Part shown: positions 8,579-16,898 of the stretch, piece by piece
Layout: each line of letters opens with the position of its first letter
Numbering within the stretch: position 1 is the first letter of the stretch
Origin: an uncultured Methanosarcinales archaeon
GTDB taxonomy: Archaea > Nanobdellota > Nanobdellia > Woesearchaeales > GW2011-AR9
NCBI GenBank assembly: GCA_964632045.1
Contig: CAZWBB010000002.1
Coordinates: 12,907 to 76,906, forward strand
Reading direction: 5' to 3'
DNA: 64,000 bases
Notes under the pieces: model-generated
Databases searched by the model: none
What the model was told of the DNA's origin: nothing
What the model saw: the letters and a program-made list of their open reading frames with translations, nothing else
Position numbers and translations under genes: made by a program

Positions 8579-10828
8579 TCACCTCACAAACACTTCTTCT
8601 CCTTTTTTTATCGCTTCCACAATAATCTTTGATATCTCAGGATGCATGAACCACTCTGGTAGGAACTCTCCTTTGTTTAATGTTTCTCTTGCCTGGGTGC
8701 CGCTGATGTGCATCTTTTCAAGTTCCTCTCCCTCCTCTGTTTCCGGCCCATGGATGTATTCTTTCTTCTTGTTTGAATAGAATACATTGCCGAATCTTAC
8801 CGGTTTAATTCCTATCTCTGGGAACTTGTCAAATATCTGGTGGGAGGCATTAGGGTGGTAGTAGTTGCCCACTCCTGTATGGTCTCTCCCCACAATAAAA
8901 TGGCTGCAGCCAAAATTCTTCCGGCAAAGAGCTGTGAAAATTGCTTCTCTTGGCCCAGCATATCTGGAAAAAGTTGAGAAAGTGGCAAATACGACCTTGT
9001 TCTTAGGATAGATATCCTTCACCATTTTCTCATAACTTTGGATGATATACTTTGAATTGAAATCCCCAGATTTTTTCTTGCCGATTATCGGGTGGACGAA
9101 CAGCCCATCACAGTTCTCTTTTTCCATCGCCTGAAGCTGGATGAATTCGTGACCTTTGTGGATAACATTCCTCGTATGGAAACCAACTACTTTTACCCAC
9201 CCTCGGTCTTCAAAAAGTCTTCTTACTTGTTTTGGAGCAAGCTCATATTCTTTGTAGGAGGAATCGTTTCTTTTTAGCAGGTCAATCTTACCTCCTAACA
9301 AAACAGGCTTCATCTCTGTAACCATTTTGACTCCGGGATGGTTTTGATCATTGGTGCAATAGAGTTTGTTGGCCATCTCTGTTTTGTCGAAATGATACCT
9401 GTCTTCAACATGCATGATAGCCATGATTTTGTCATTCTCATCAGTAAGAGCCACATCATCACCAACAGAAACCTTCATCTCCTCGGTAATATCAAGCACT
9501 AAGGGGATGGGCCAGACAATCCCATTGCTTAACCTAAGTTCATCCAACACTCCTTGGAAATCATCTCTACACATAAATCCTTCTAGCGGGCTGAAAGTGC
9601 CGATGGCAATCTGTTCGATATCCATCAGTTGTTCTTTTGTTAACTGGATTTTTGGAAAGCTACCGATCCCTTCCGGTAATGAGCCGATGAACCTGTCTAT
9701 CAGTTTTCCTCCATGGGGTTCGATCAGCGAATCAGATTCAAGATCTTCAGAAAGATAGTTCATATTGTCAATGCCTTGGAGCAGTTTTGAATGTTCAATC
9801 AGCTTGTTCATCATATTTATGCATCTCATGGGATACTTGCCGATGGCGGTCTCTGCTGACAAGATGAGGCCATCCGCTCCATCTAGTATAGTATTGATTA
9901 CGTCGTTAACTTCTGCTCTTGTGGGTTTCTTCTGTTTAATCATAGTCTCAAGAAGATTAGTCGCTACGAAAACGGGTGTTCCACTTTCTTTAGCTTTCTT
10001 GAGGATGATTTTCTGAATGAGGGGTACTTTCTCTACAGGTACTTCCTTACTCAGATCGCCTCGATCTAACAGGATACTATCTGACTTCTTGATAATATTG
10101 TCAATATCCCTGAGCGAATCCCGTGCTTCTACTTTTGAGATGATGTGCATGGCATTATTGGTCACCCTTCTCACTTCATCAATATCTTCTCCTTTTCGGA
10201 CAAAGGATACAGCAATGTGGCCTACTCCTTCGCTCAGACCGATGCGGATGGATTCTTTATCTTTCTCTGAAAGAACAGGAAGCTGGAAGTTGCTCTTTGC
10301 CGCAGACACTATAACTGTTGCTTTTTTATTTCCAAGATTTCCACTGGAGACGATCCTAGCTTGGATATATCCCTCTTTGATTGTGGAAACGTCGGACACT
10401 TTGAATATCAAAGTATCAAAATCTACAAAAATCAGATCACCGGGTTTCAATTGCTGCAAAATTGGGGGGGGCGTTAGACAGATTTTCTCTTTGTTGCCAA
10501 TTATTGGTGTATTGTAAACTCGTACGACATTTCCTTCATCAAACTGAATCTCATTTTTCTCAAGACTACCAGTCCGAATTTGAGACCCTTCAGTGTCGAT
10601 AATGAAAGGTATATTTGCTGCTTTTGCAAGATGGATGAAATGTCTTAAGTCTTCGGTGGAAGAATGGGACATATTTATTCGTACAAAATCAACTCCTTTG
10701 TCCTTGATTTTCTTAATATCAGCTTCAATGCTGGTAGCTGGACCCAGAGTCACAATTATTTTTGGTGTCATTTCACTCTTTTTTTGTCTATTATGACGTA
10801 CCTCACTGCCTACAGTAGGATTTTTCAC
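8579..10828 (-). CDS. Pyruvate kinase (barrel + B domain)-ATP sulfurylase (Sat) fusion; start GTG 10828 or ATG 10771
   Basis: PK motifs KIIVTLGP, RINMSH, SKVE, RGDL, PTRAEVND, LSAETAIGKYP, then Sat motifs PHGGKL, HTRNVIHKGHE, YAGPREA, FIVGRDH, ISGTQAR, in one uninterrupted frame. Confidence 0.92.
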   Translation of the reverse strand: MKNPTVGSEVRHNRQKKSEMTPKIIVTLGPATSIEADIKKIKDKGVDFVRINMSHSSTEDLRHFIHLAKAANIPFIIDTEGSQIRTGSLEKNEIQFDEGNVVRVYNTPIIGNKEKICLTPPPILQQLKPGDLIFVDFDTLIFKVSDVSTIKEGYIQARIVSSGNLGNKKATVIVSAAKSNFQLPVLSEKDKESIRIGLSEGVGHIAVSFVRKGEDIDEVRRVTNNAMHIISKVEARDSLRDIDNIIKKSDSILLDRGDLSKEVPVEKVPLIQKIILKKAKESGTPVFVATNLLETMIKQKKPTRAEVNDVINTILDGADGLILSAETAIGKYPMRCINMMNKLIEHSKLLQGIDNMNYLSEDLESDSLIEPHGGKLIDRFIGSLPEGIGSFPKIQLTKEQLMDIEQIAIGTFSPLEGFMCRDDFQGVLDELRLSNGIVWPIPLVLDITEEMKVSVGDDVALTDENDKIMAIMHVEDRYHFDKTEMANKLYCTNDQNHPGVKMVTEMKPVLLGGKIDLLKRNDSSYKEYELAPKQVRRLFEDRGWVKVVGFHTRNVIHKGHEFIQLQAMEKENCDGLFVHPIIGKKKSGDFNSKYIIQSYEKMVKDIYPKNKVVFATFSTFSRYAGPREAIFTALCRKNFGCSHFIVGRDHTGVGNYYHPNASHQIFDKFPEIGIKPVRFGNVFYSNKKKEYIHGPETEEGEELEKMHISGTQARETLNKGEFLPEWFMHPEISKIIVEAIKKGEEVFVR

Positions 10829-10998
10829 TGTGTCAAGCTGCTTAAAACCTTTTTAAAAACGTTGTGGAAGATAGGTATTGATGAGTAACTCCAAAAATGG
10901 TTTGGATTTCTTCGGCAATGTCAATTAAAGTGTTTAATTGTTTAATAATTAATATAGATGGAGTCTATGTTGTTCATTCTGGACAGCACTTTAGATTG

Positions 10999-11189
10999 GT
11001 ACGTATTAAGTTTCTTTGAGGAAAACATCACCTTGGCCGCTCACTCGGCATTTTCTAAAGTGTTTCCTTTCACGTATAAGAAGACGTGTTTTGGGAGGGA
11101 AAATGCATCTGACCTGCCTCTTACGAATGGCCTAGCTCGTTCGCCATTGGCCCAGGCGGTGTTGTTTTCCCACCCAACTTAATACGTAC
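10999..11189. mobile_element. MITE-like non-autonomous element, 191 bp
   Basis: Perfect 14-bp terminal inverted repeats GTACGTATTAAGTT (10999-11012) / AACTTAATACGTAC (11176-11189), directly flanked by an 8-bp direct repeat TTAGATTG (10991-10998, 11190-11197). No recognisable transposase inside. Confidence 0.8.
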
Positions 11190-11205
11190 TTAGATTGGCA
11201 AAGTA

Positions 11206-11213
11206 TTTAAATC
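11206..11213 (+). promoter_or_regulatory. Archaeal TATA-like box
   Basis: TTTAAATC 24 nt upstream of ATG 11238, the same spacing as other promoters here. Confidence 0.5.
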
Positions 11214-11237
11214 TCGCTCTTAATTGATCCTGATAGC

Positions 11238-11966
11238 ATGTTACCGACAATTAAGCAGATTCGTGAGAGTTCCAAGACACGACGTTAGGGTTATGAATAC
11301 GTTTTAGATTATTTCGCAAATTATATAGTTAGACTATCCTTATTTTTTGGGATTAGTCCAACAGAACTTAGCTTTTTCTGGGTATTTGCCCAATTCTTTT
11401 CATGTCTATTATTTCTTAAAGGAGATTATTATTATTCATTGTTTGGGATAATAATCTTTCAGTTCATGTTTATTGTGGATTTGTCTGATGGAAAACTTTT
11501 TAGATTCAGAAAGTCCGGCAAGACATATCTTAAGCCATTATTCCCAAAATACTTAGACCGTATGGGCCATTTTGTTAACAACCCGTTCCTATTCTTATGT
11601 CTAGGTTTTGGCTTACTTCATCACAGTCAAACAATTTTTTATTTTTCGCTAGTTGCAGCTTTTTTTTATTTATTGAACAAAGCACTCGCGCTGAATCCTT
11701 CCTGGTACAAATCTCAGGAAGAAAGAGAAATGATCTCTTTGTTAGGTAAATTTTCCAGTATTCGGGACGGAAAATCACTAATCAAAAAGTTGATTTTTGA
11801 TTTTATCAGGATTGAACACATGGGTAATCTTTTGTTTCTTTTGATATTATTTAATTTGGCACATTATGCTATTATGGCTTATGCAATTATTCATTCTTTA
11901 GAGTTTTTACGTAAATTAATCTCTCAAGGGGTTATCTTGTTTGAAGAAGACAAGAAGAGAGGATAA
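11238..11966 (+). pseudogene. CDP-alcohol phosphatidyltransferase-like gene interrupted by an in-frame TAG (11286-11288)
   Basis: Frame from ATG 11238 reads MLPTIKQIRESSKTRR*GYEYVLDYFANYIVRLSLFFGISPTELS... and continues into the 11439 ORF. DLSDGKLFR...YLDRMGH is a degenerate DxxDGxxAR...GxxxD motif. Region is visibly AT-rich. Confidence 0.7.
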
Positions 11967-12047
11967 TTTGAATGTAGTTCTATTGGTCGGTTCTCCCTGT
12001 TATCCAGAGAAAAAAACAGATTGTAGTACCATAATTTTTTATAATGG

Positions 12048-12782
12048 GTGCTTTCTATGGGGCATATGCGAGTCCGAAAAGAAGAATTACATCAAATCAA
12101 TAAGATCAAGTACCAAAAGAATGGGATAATTGGGATAATCACTCGCAGATACCTTTCGACAAGGATCAGCTCTTGGTTGGCATCGACCTCAATTACGCCT
12201 AACCAAGTCACTTTTTTCTCTTTGCTCGTAGGATTGACGGGTGTGTGTTTTCTTTCAACGGGTGGAAGAGTAAATCTGGTTATCGCGGGTGTACTCATCT
12301 TCATTTCTAAAATATTTGATGCAGTTGATGGTGAACTTGCCCGCCTCAAGAAGATGGAGACTGCACGGGGAGCATGGCTTGACGGGATCTCAGACCGTTT
12401 CAAGGAGAACCTGATTTTTTTTGGAATTGCGCTGGGTCTGTACAACCAGACTGGTAATGTGGTTGTCTGGTATTACGCTTTTATCGCTATCATCTCCATT
12501 CACATGCTTTCGATAGTCCTGGAACACACGGGGCGGATGGACAAGAAGATTCTGCAGAAAACGCAGGAAGATACCCTATTGGTAAAATTGGCCAGGAAGC
12601 TGGGAATTAAGCCGCAGTTTCTTGCTCTGCAGGCTGATACTTATCTTTTCATTACCTACATAGCAATCATGCTTAACCAGCTGATGTTCATCCTCTGGTT
12701 CTTCATGATTGTGATGAATCTTTACTGGCTTACTATTGTGGTCCTTGTGTATTTAAAAGGAAGTGGGATTGGGGAAAGATGA
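12048..12782 (+). CDS. CDP-alcohol phosphatidyltransferase family protein (start may be ATG 12057 or 12066)
   Basis: ITPNQVT and an intact DAVDGELAR...GAWLDGISD motif; TM helices. Confidence 0.9.
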   Translation: MLSMGHMRVRKEELHQINKIKYQKNGIIGIITRRYLSTRISSWLASTSITPNQVTFFSLLVGLTGVCFLSTGGRVNLVIAGVLIFISKIFDAVDGELARLKKMETARGAWLDGISDRFKENLIFFGIALGLYNQTGNVVVWYYAFIAIISIHMLSIVLEHTGRMDKKILQKTQEDTLLVKLARKLGIKPQFLALQADTYLFITYIAIMLNQLMFILWFFMIVMNLYWLTIVVLVYLKGSGIGER

Positions 12783-12792
12783 TTGAACACAG

Positions 12793-13815
12793 ATGATGGA
12801 TATAAGAATTTTTTATAATGCGGATGTTGAAGAAAGGAAGTATGAAGGTAGGTCGCAAACTTCTTTACTGCTCAAAGAGTTTCTTGAGAAGAAAGGATTC
12901 GTTTTTGTAGATCACCCAGCTAAAGCAGATATTATTAATTTTCATAGCAGCGGGATATTTGATTCATTCAAAGCTGCTAAATTGAAGAAAAAATATGGGG
13001 TTCCAGTAGTGTACTCATTATACTCACTTTCAAAGACAGAGCCATTCAACCATTTCAGGAACCATCTTGCTCAAAGATATTTTCTTAGACCAAGGAAGAC
13101 CAGTTTTGTTCTTAGTTATTCGGCCATATTGCCTCTAAGGTTGAGGGGATTCCGGTTGAATGAACTGGATGCAGTAGTTACCCCTTCCAATTTTGTCAAG
13201 GAAAGGCTGCATAACAATGCTTGTCTGATCCGGATTGGTATTGACACCAAGAAGTTTCGTCCTCTGCCTCGTGATTCTTTAGATGGGGGGAAGAAGCTGA
13301 GGGTAGGGTATTTTGGTCATCCCAGTGCCTATAAAGGGGTTCTTGATTTTGCCCGTGCTACAAGGTTGTTTCCAAAGCATTATGAGAGTCATATTCATAT
13401 ATCCGATACTTCTGTAAAAATGATCAGAAATCTAAAGAAGATTAATCCCAGCTTGCAGGTGCATGGACATATAGAAGACATGGCACATGCCTACAACTGG
13501 ATGGATGTCATCGTTCTTCCATACAGAAGCCATTTGGCAGGAGTAGCCAATCCTCTTGTACTTATTGAGGCAATGGCTTGTGGTAAAGCCATAGTGACTA
13601 CTGATTTTGATTATCTGAAAGAGATTGTAAAAGGTTCTGCGCTTATCATCAAGCCCTACTCTCCTGTGAAAATTGCTAAGGCCGTATCAATATTTGAGGA
13701 TGGGAGCATCAGGCAGAGATTTGGGGAGAGAGCCAGGAAAATAATCCTGGATGAATTTTGCCAGGAAAAGATGTTTGAGGATTACCTCAGTTTGTATAGG
13801 GACCTTACCATATGA
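12793..13815 (+). CDS. GT4 glycosyltransferase
   Basis: YFGHPSAYKG and PLVLIEAMACGKAIV motifs. Confidence 0.88.
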   Translation: MMDIRIFYNADVEERKYEGRSQTSLLLKEFLEKKGFVFVDHPAKADIINFHSSGIFDSFKAAKLKKKYGVPVVYSLYSLSKTEPFNHFRNHLAQRYFLRPRKTSFVLSYSAILPLRLRGFRLNELDAVVTPSNFVKERLHNNACLIRIGIDTKKFRPLPRDSLDGGKKLRVGYFGHPSAYKGVLDFARATRLFPKHYESHIHISDTSVKMIRNLKKINPSLQVHGHIEDMAHAYNWMDVIVLPYRSHLAGVANPLVLIEAMACGKAIVTTDFDYLKEIVKGSALIIKPYSPVKIAKAVSIFEDGSIRQRFGERARKIILDEFCQEKMFEDYLSLYRDLTI

Positions 13816-15296
13816 AATATCTAAATGCTCCTCCAGAGATTATGCAGGTAATATCTTTATTTCACGAGAATAATCTCTCCTACAATCTTTTCAAGTGCGA
13901 ACATATTTTTGCAGGTATGAATAAGAACCTTGATATCTTGTTTGCAAACAGGAAAGATTATGACAAAGCTGCTCTTCTGCTTGAGGGAGCAGGGTTTGTT
14001 CTCTATCTTCCAGAGAAAGTTGAAAAATATAAAGAGATGTATGTCCGCTTTGACCATGGACAGCTAACCAGAATCCATCTGCACAGGGAGATTGCCTGGC
14101 ATGGTCTGAAAGTGATGGATAAAAAGCACATTTTTGCTGGAGCTAAAGAGAAGAGCAAGGGTATCTTTGTCCCTTCAGATGAGGACCAGTTGTTGATTCA
14201 TGTTGCACATGTGATTTTTGAGAACTGGGAAATCAGCGATTACATAAAGAAGTTGATGGTTGGTCTCATGCAAAAGGATCTTGATTGGGATTACATAAGA
14301 AGGAGATTGCAGGAGTACGGATGGAAAGGCGTTTTTTATTATGTGCTAAAGTGCGCTAAGAAAGATCGGCATACTAGGAGAGGGACTTTCTTGCAGTGCT
14401 TTGTTCAAAGGGCCCTGCGAAGTCCTGTCAGCTGGCCCACTTTGTCAAAGAAATTCATTGATATCATTTTACGGAAGATCAGTTTGAGGAGGAAAGGGTG
14501 TTTGATAGCTTTGATTGGAGTCAATGGGAGTGGAAAAACGACGTTGGCAGGAGAAGTCTTGAAATCGTATCATCCACTGACTAAGCATTTTGGTGGGCAA
14601 ACAGGTTACTATTTTGGATGGTATCCCTTTTCATTTATCTCAAAATTGATTTCATCGCTTCTCAGAAAAAGTAACCGTAGGCTCTTTGAAGAGATGAACA
14701 AGGACAAAGAGGGTCAGGAGATGGATTCTACCAGGAAACAAAAGTTTAGTGTATTCCATGAATCAGTTCTATTTTACAATTATTTTGAGTATATGCTTCG
14801 GTTCTTCCTGCAAATTTATCCAAAATTGAGGGCAGGGGGGCTTGTTGTCACAGACAGATATTTCTATGACGTTTACGGACAATATAATTATTCACAGAAG
14901 AGTATTATCATCGGGACATTACTGCGTTTTTTCCCCAGGCCTGATTTTGTTTATGTGCTTGATGCTCCATTGGGGGTCATTTCTGGGAGGGCAAAAGAAC
15001 CAAATGTTTTGGAAAAGAAATGTGAAAGGGGGATAGATGTTGACGAAACTAATGTTGTTCCTGCTGAGAATAGAGTAATCAAGTCTAGAAAATATCTGGT
15101 GGGGCAGAGGAAGAGGTATCTTGAACTGCATGATCGGCTGAACAAAATGGTCGGTGATTCAAAACTGAATACAGAATCAAGATTGACTTTGTATTCAGAA
15201 TTATTAAATACTGATTGTGGTATTGAACATTCGGTAACGACAGTTATTAATTCGAGCTGGAAGTCGCTGGTGCAAAAGAAGAACTGTGGGGGATGA
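13812..15296 (+). CDS. Nucleotidyltransferase-fold + thymidylate-kinase-like P-loop fusion (copy 1)
   Basis: N-terminal KNLDILF...IHLH...PSDEDQLLIHVAH; C-terminal LIGVNGSGKTT, TDRY, PRPDFVYVLDAP. Confidence 0.7.
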   Translation: MKYLNAPPEIMQVISLFHENNLSYNLFKCEHIFAGMNKNLDILFANRKDYDKAALLLEGAGFVLYLPEKVEKYKEMYVRFDHGQLTRIHLHREIAWHGLKVMDKKHIFAGAKEKSKGIFVPSDEDQLLIHVAHVIFENWEISDYIKKLMVGLMQKDLDWDYIRRRLQEYGWKGVFYYVLKCAKKDRHTRRGTFLQCFVQRALRSPVSWPTLSKKFIDIILRKISLRRKGCLIALIGVNGSGKTTLAGEVLKSYHPLTKHFGGQTGYYFGWYPFSFISKLISSLLRKSNRRLFEEMNKDKEGQEMDSTRKQKFSVFHESVLFYNYFEYMLRFFLQIYPKLRAGGLVVTDRYFYDVYGQYNYSQKSIIIGTLLRFFPRPDFVYVLDAPLGVISGRAKEPNVLEKKCERGIDVDETNVVPAENRVIKSRKYLVGQRKRYLELHDRLNKMVGDSKLNTESRLTLYSELLNTDCGIEHSVTTVINSSWKSLVQKKNCGG

Positions 15297-16878
15297 AATG
15301 GATAAAGTAGATGAGTTTTTTTTGGGTGAATGGTCAAAAAGAAAGATTATTGATGGATCCTCTTTTGATGATCTCTTTAAGATCGGGGAAGTGCCCATGG
15401 GGTGGTTCTTTCAAAGAATCTTTGTGCCCCACATTGTCCCCAGATCATTAAATACTTTCGCTGAGATAGAAAAAGGTGATGAACTGAACTTACTACGTAG
15501 GACCAAGCTTGGGTCTACAGCAATCATTATGAAGCATTTTTTCTCATTTAATGAATTCAGGAAAATTAGATTTCTGCGAAAGAGTAGTTCGCGCTGTGAG
15601 GTTTCCCCCCGCGGCAACGTCCTTTTTTTAAGTTACACTAATCATATGCTTTCAGGCGGGAGAATTTTTCGAATACAGAATATTTTGAATGGTCTCATGA
15701 AACAGTCAGGATTGCAACCCGTAGTACTGTTTGCAGATCCTCTATCTAGCAGGGATTACAGGAAATTGGCCGGGTTTTATGCATTATATTGTCACTATGG
15801 AAAGTCTCTTGATAAAAAAGCGAAGATTTCAGCCAGTAGGCTACATAATCAATGGATAAATATCAAAGAGAGCACCAAATCGGATTTGTTCGTTAACAAA
15901 GGCAGGTCTCTCTGGCCATATCTCAAGCCGGCGTTTTCGTTTTTTTTCTCAAAGCAGTTTATTCACTTTCTTATACTGTACTTTGAGATGTCAAAGAAGG
16001 CCCTTGCTGATGGCAATATTAAAGTTGTGGTGACCACTTCACAGAATGGGATATTTGACCGGTGCATAATCGCTGCTGCCCAAGAAGTGGGTGTCCCTGT
16101 ACTAAGATTGCAACACGGGATTGGAGAAGAAATCGTACCACCAAGTAAATATGATAAATATTACAAACTGGTATTCAGTGATGATGTCCGTCAAAAACTT
16201 ATCGCAGCGGGCTGGGAGGAGAATAAGGTGATTGTTGTTGGTCCAACAATATTTGATGGGATCAGTACATATGTTGGCCAAAAGCAGAGAAAGGGTAGAA
16301 ACATATTGATCACAACCTCTCCTTTTGTGGAAACAAGTTTGCTGAGCAGAAAGAGGTATTTTTCTCTCATGGGCTCGTTGTTTAAGGCAATTGGAAGAAT
16401 AAAAGGTGCCAGGTTGATCGTCAAACTTCATCCTGTAGAGACTACCAATAGGGCAATAGATGGTTATCGTCAGATAATGGGAGAAGCTGGAGTAATGGAT
16501 GGGAAGATTGTGCTTGGGAGTTCTCCCAGAAAACAATACTATAGATTAGTACAATGGTGCGATGTTCTGATACATTTCGGCTCTACTACTGCATTGGAAG
16601 CGATGATTATTGATCGACCTACATTGATGATAAATCTGATGGATTGTAATTTCATGACGGGAGCCTTGGCAAACAAGGAATTGGGTGTGTTTGCCACCTA
16701 CAAAGATGATTTGAAAGCGGCAGTGGAAAAAGCATTGTTGGGAGAGGATAAATATCGAAGGAACAGCATTAGGTATGTGCAGAGAAAATGTGGAGTTGTT
16801 GATGGGAAAGCTTATCTAAATGTTGTGAAATTGATCAATGATTTTAAAGAGCACAAGCTCAATGATTCTCTGGCCTAA
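15286..16878 (+). CDS. GT-B-fold surface-carbohydrate transferase (capsule-synthesis / glycerophosphotransferase-like); candidate nonulosonate transferase
   Basis: LQHG, VVGPTIFD, VKLHPVE and STTALEAMIIDRP motifs. Confidence 0.6.
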   Translation: MGDEMDKVDEFFLGEWSKRKIIDGSSFDDLFKIGEVPMGWFFQRIFVPHIVPRSLNTFAEIEKGDELNLLRRTKLGSTAIIMKHFFSFNEFRKIRFLRKSSSRCEVSPRGNVLFLSYTNHMLSGGRIFRIQNILNGLMKQSGLQPVVLFADPLSSRDYRKLAGFYALYCHYGKSLDKKAKISASRLHNQWINIKESTKSDLFVNKGRSLWPYLKPAFSFFFSKQFIHFLILYFEMSKKALADGNIKVVVTTSQNGIFDRCIIAAAQEVGVPVLRLQHGIGEEIVPPSKYDKYYKLVFSDDVRQKLIAAGWEENKVIVVGPTIFDGISTYVGQKQRKGRNILITTSPFVETSLLSRKRYFSLMGSLFKAIGRIKGARLIVKLHPVETTNRAIDGYRQIMGEAGVMDGKIVLGSSPRKQYYRLVQWCDVLIHFGSTTALEAMIIDRPTLMINLMDCNFMTGALANKELGVFATYKDDLKAAVEKALLGEDKYRRNSIRYVQRKCGVVDGKAYLNVVKLINDFKEHKLNDSLA

Positions 16879-16898
16879 TATCTAGTGACATCGGCATT

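Noticed and set aside
8579-8581. Selenocysteine at the PK-Sat TGA
   Set aside because: The position is an inter-domain junction, not a catalytic Cys site, and no SECIS was identified. Generic readthrough is kept as a hypothesis.
8579-9727. Sat as a marker of dissimilatory sulfate reduction or cysteine synthesis
   Set aside because: No apr, dsr or cysH in the window; linkage to CysC-sulfotransferase points to sulfation.
11120-11160. GC-rich hairpin resembling a tRNA or ncRNA fragment
   Set aside because: No cloverleaf or T-loop consensus; it lies inside the MITE.
10958-11182. 74-aa ORF (MESMLFILD...)
   Set aside because: It spans the MITE and its TSD and has no recognisable motifs; likely incidental.
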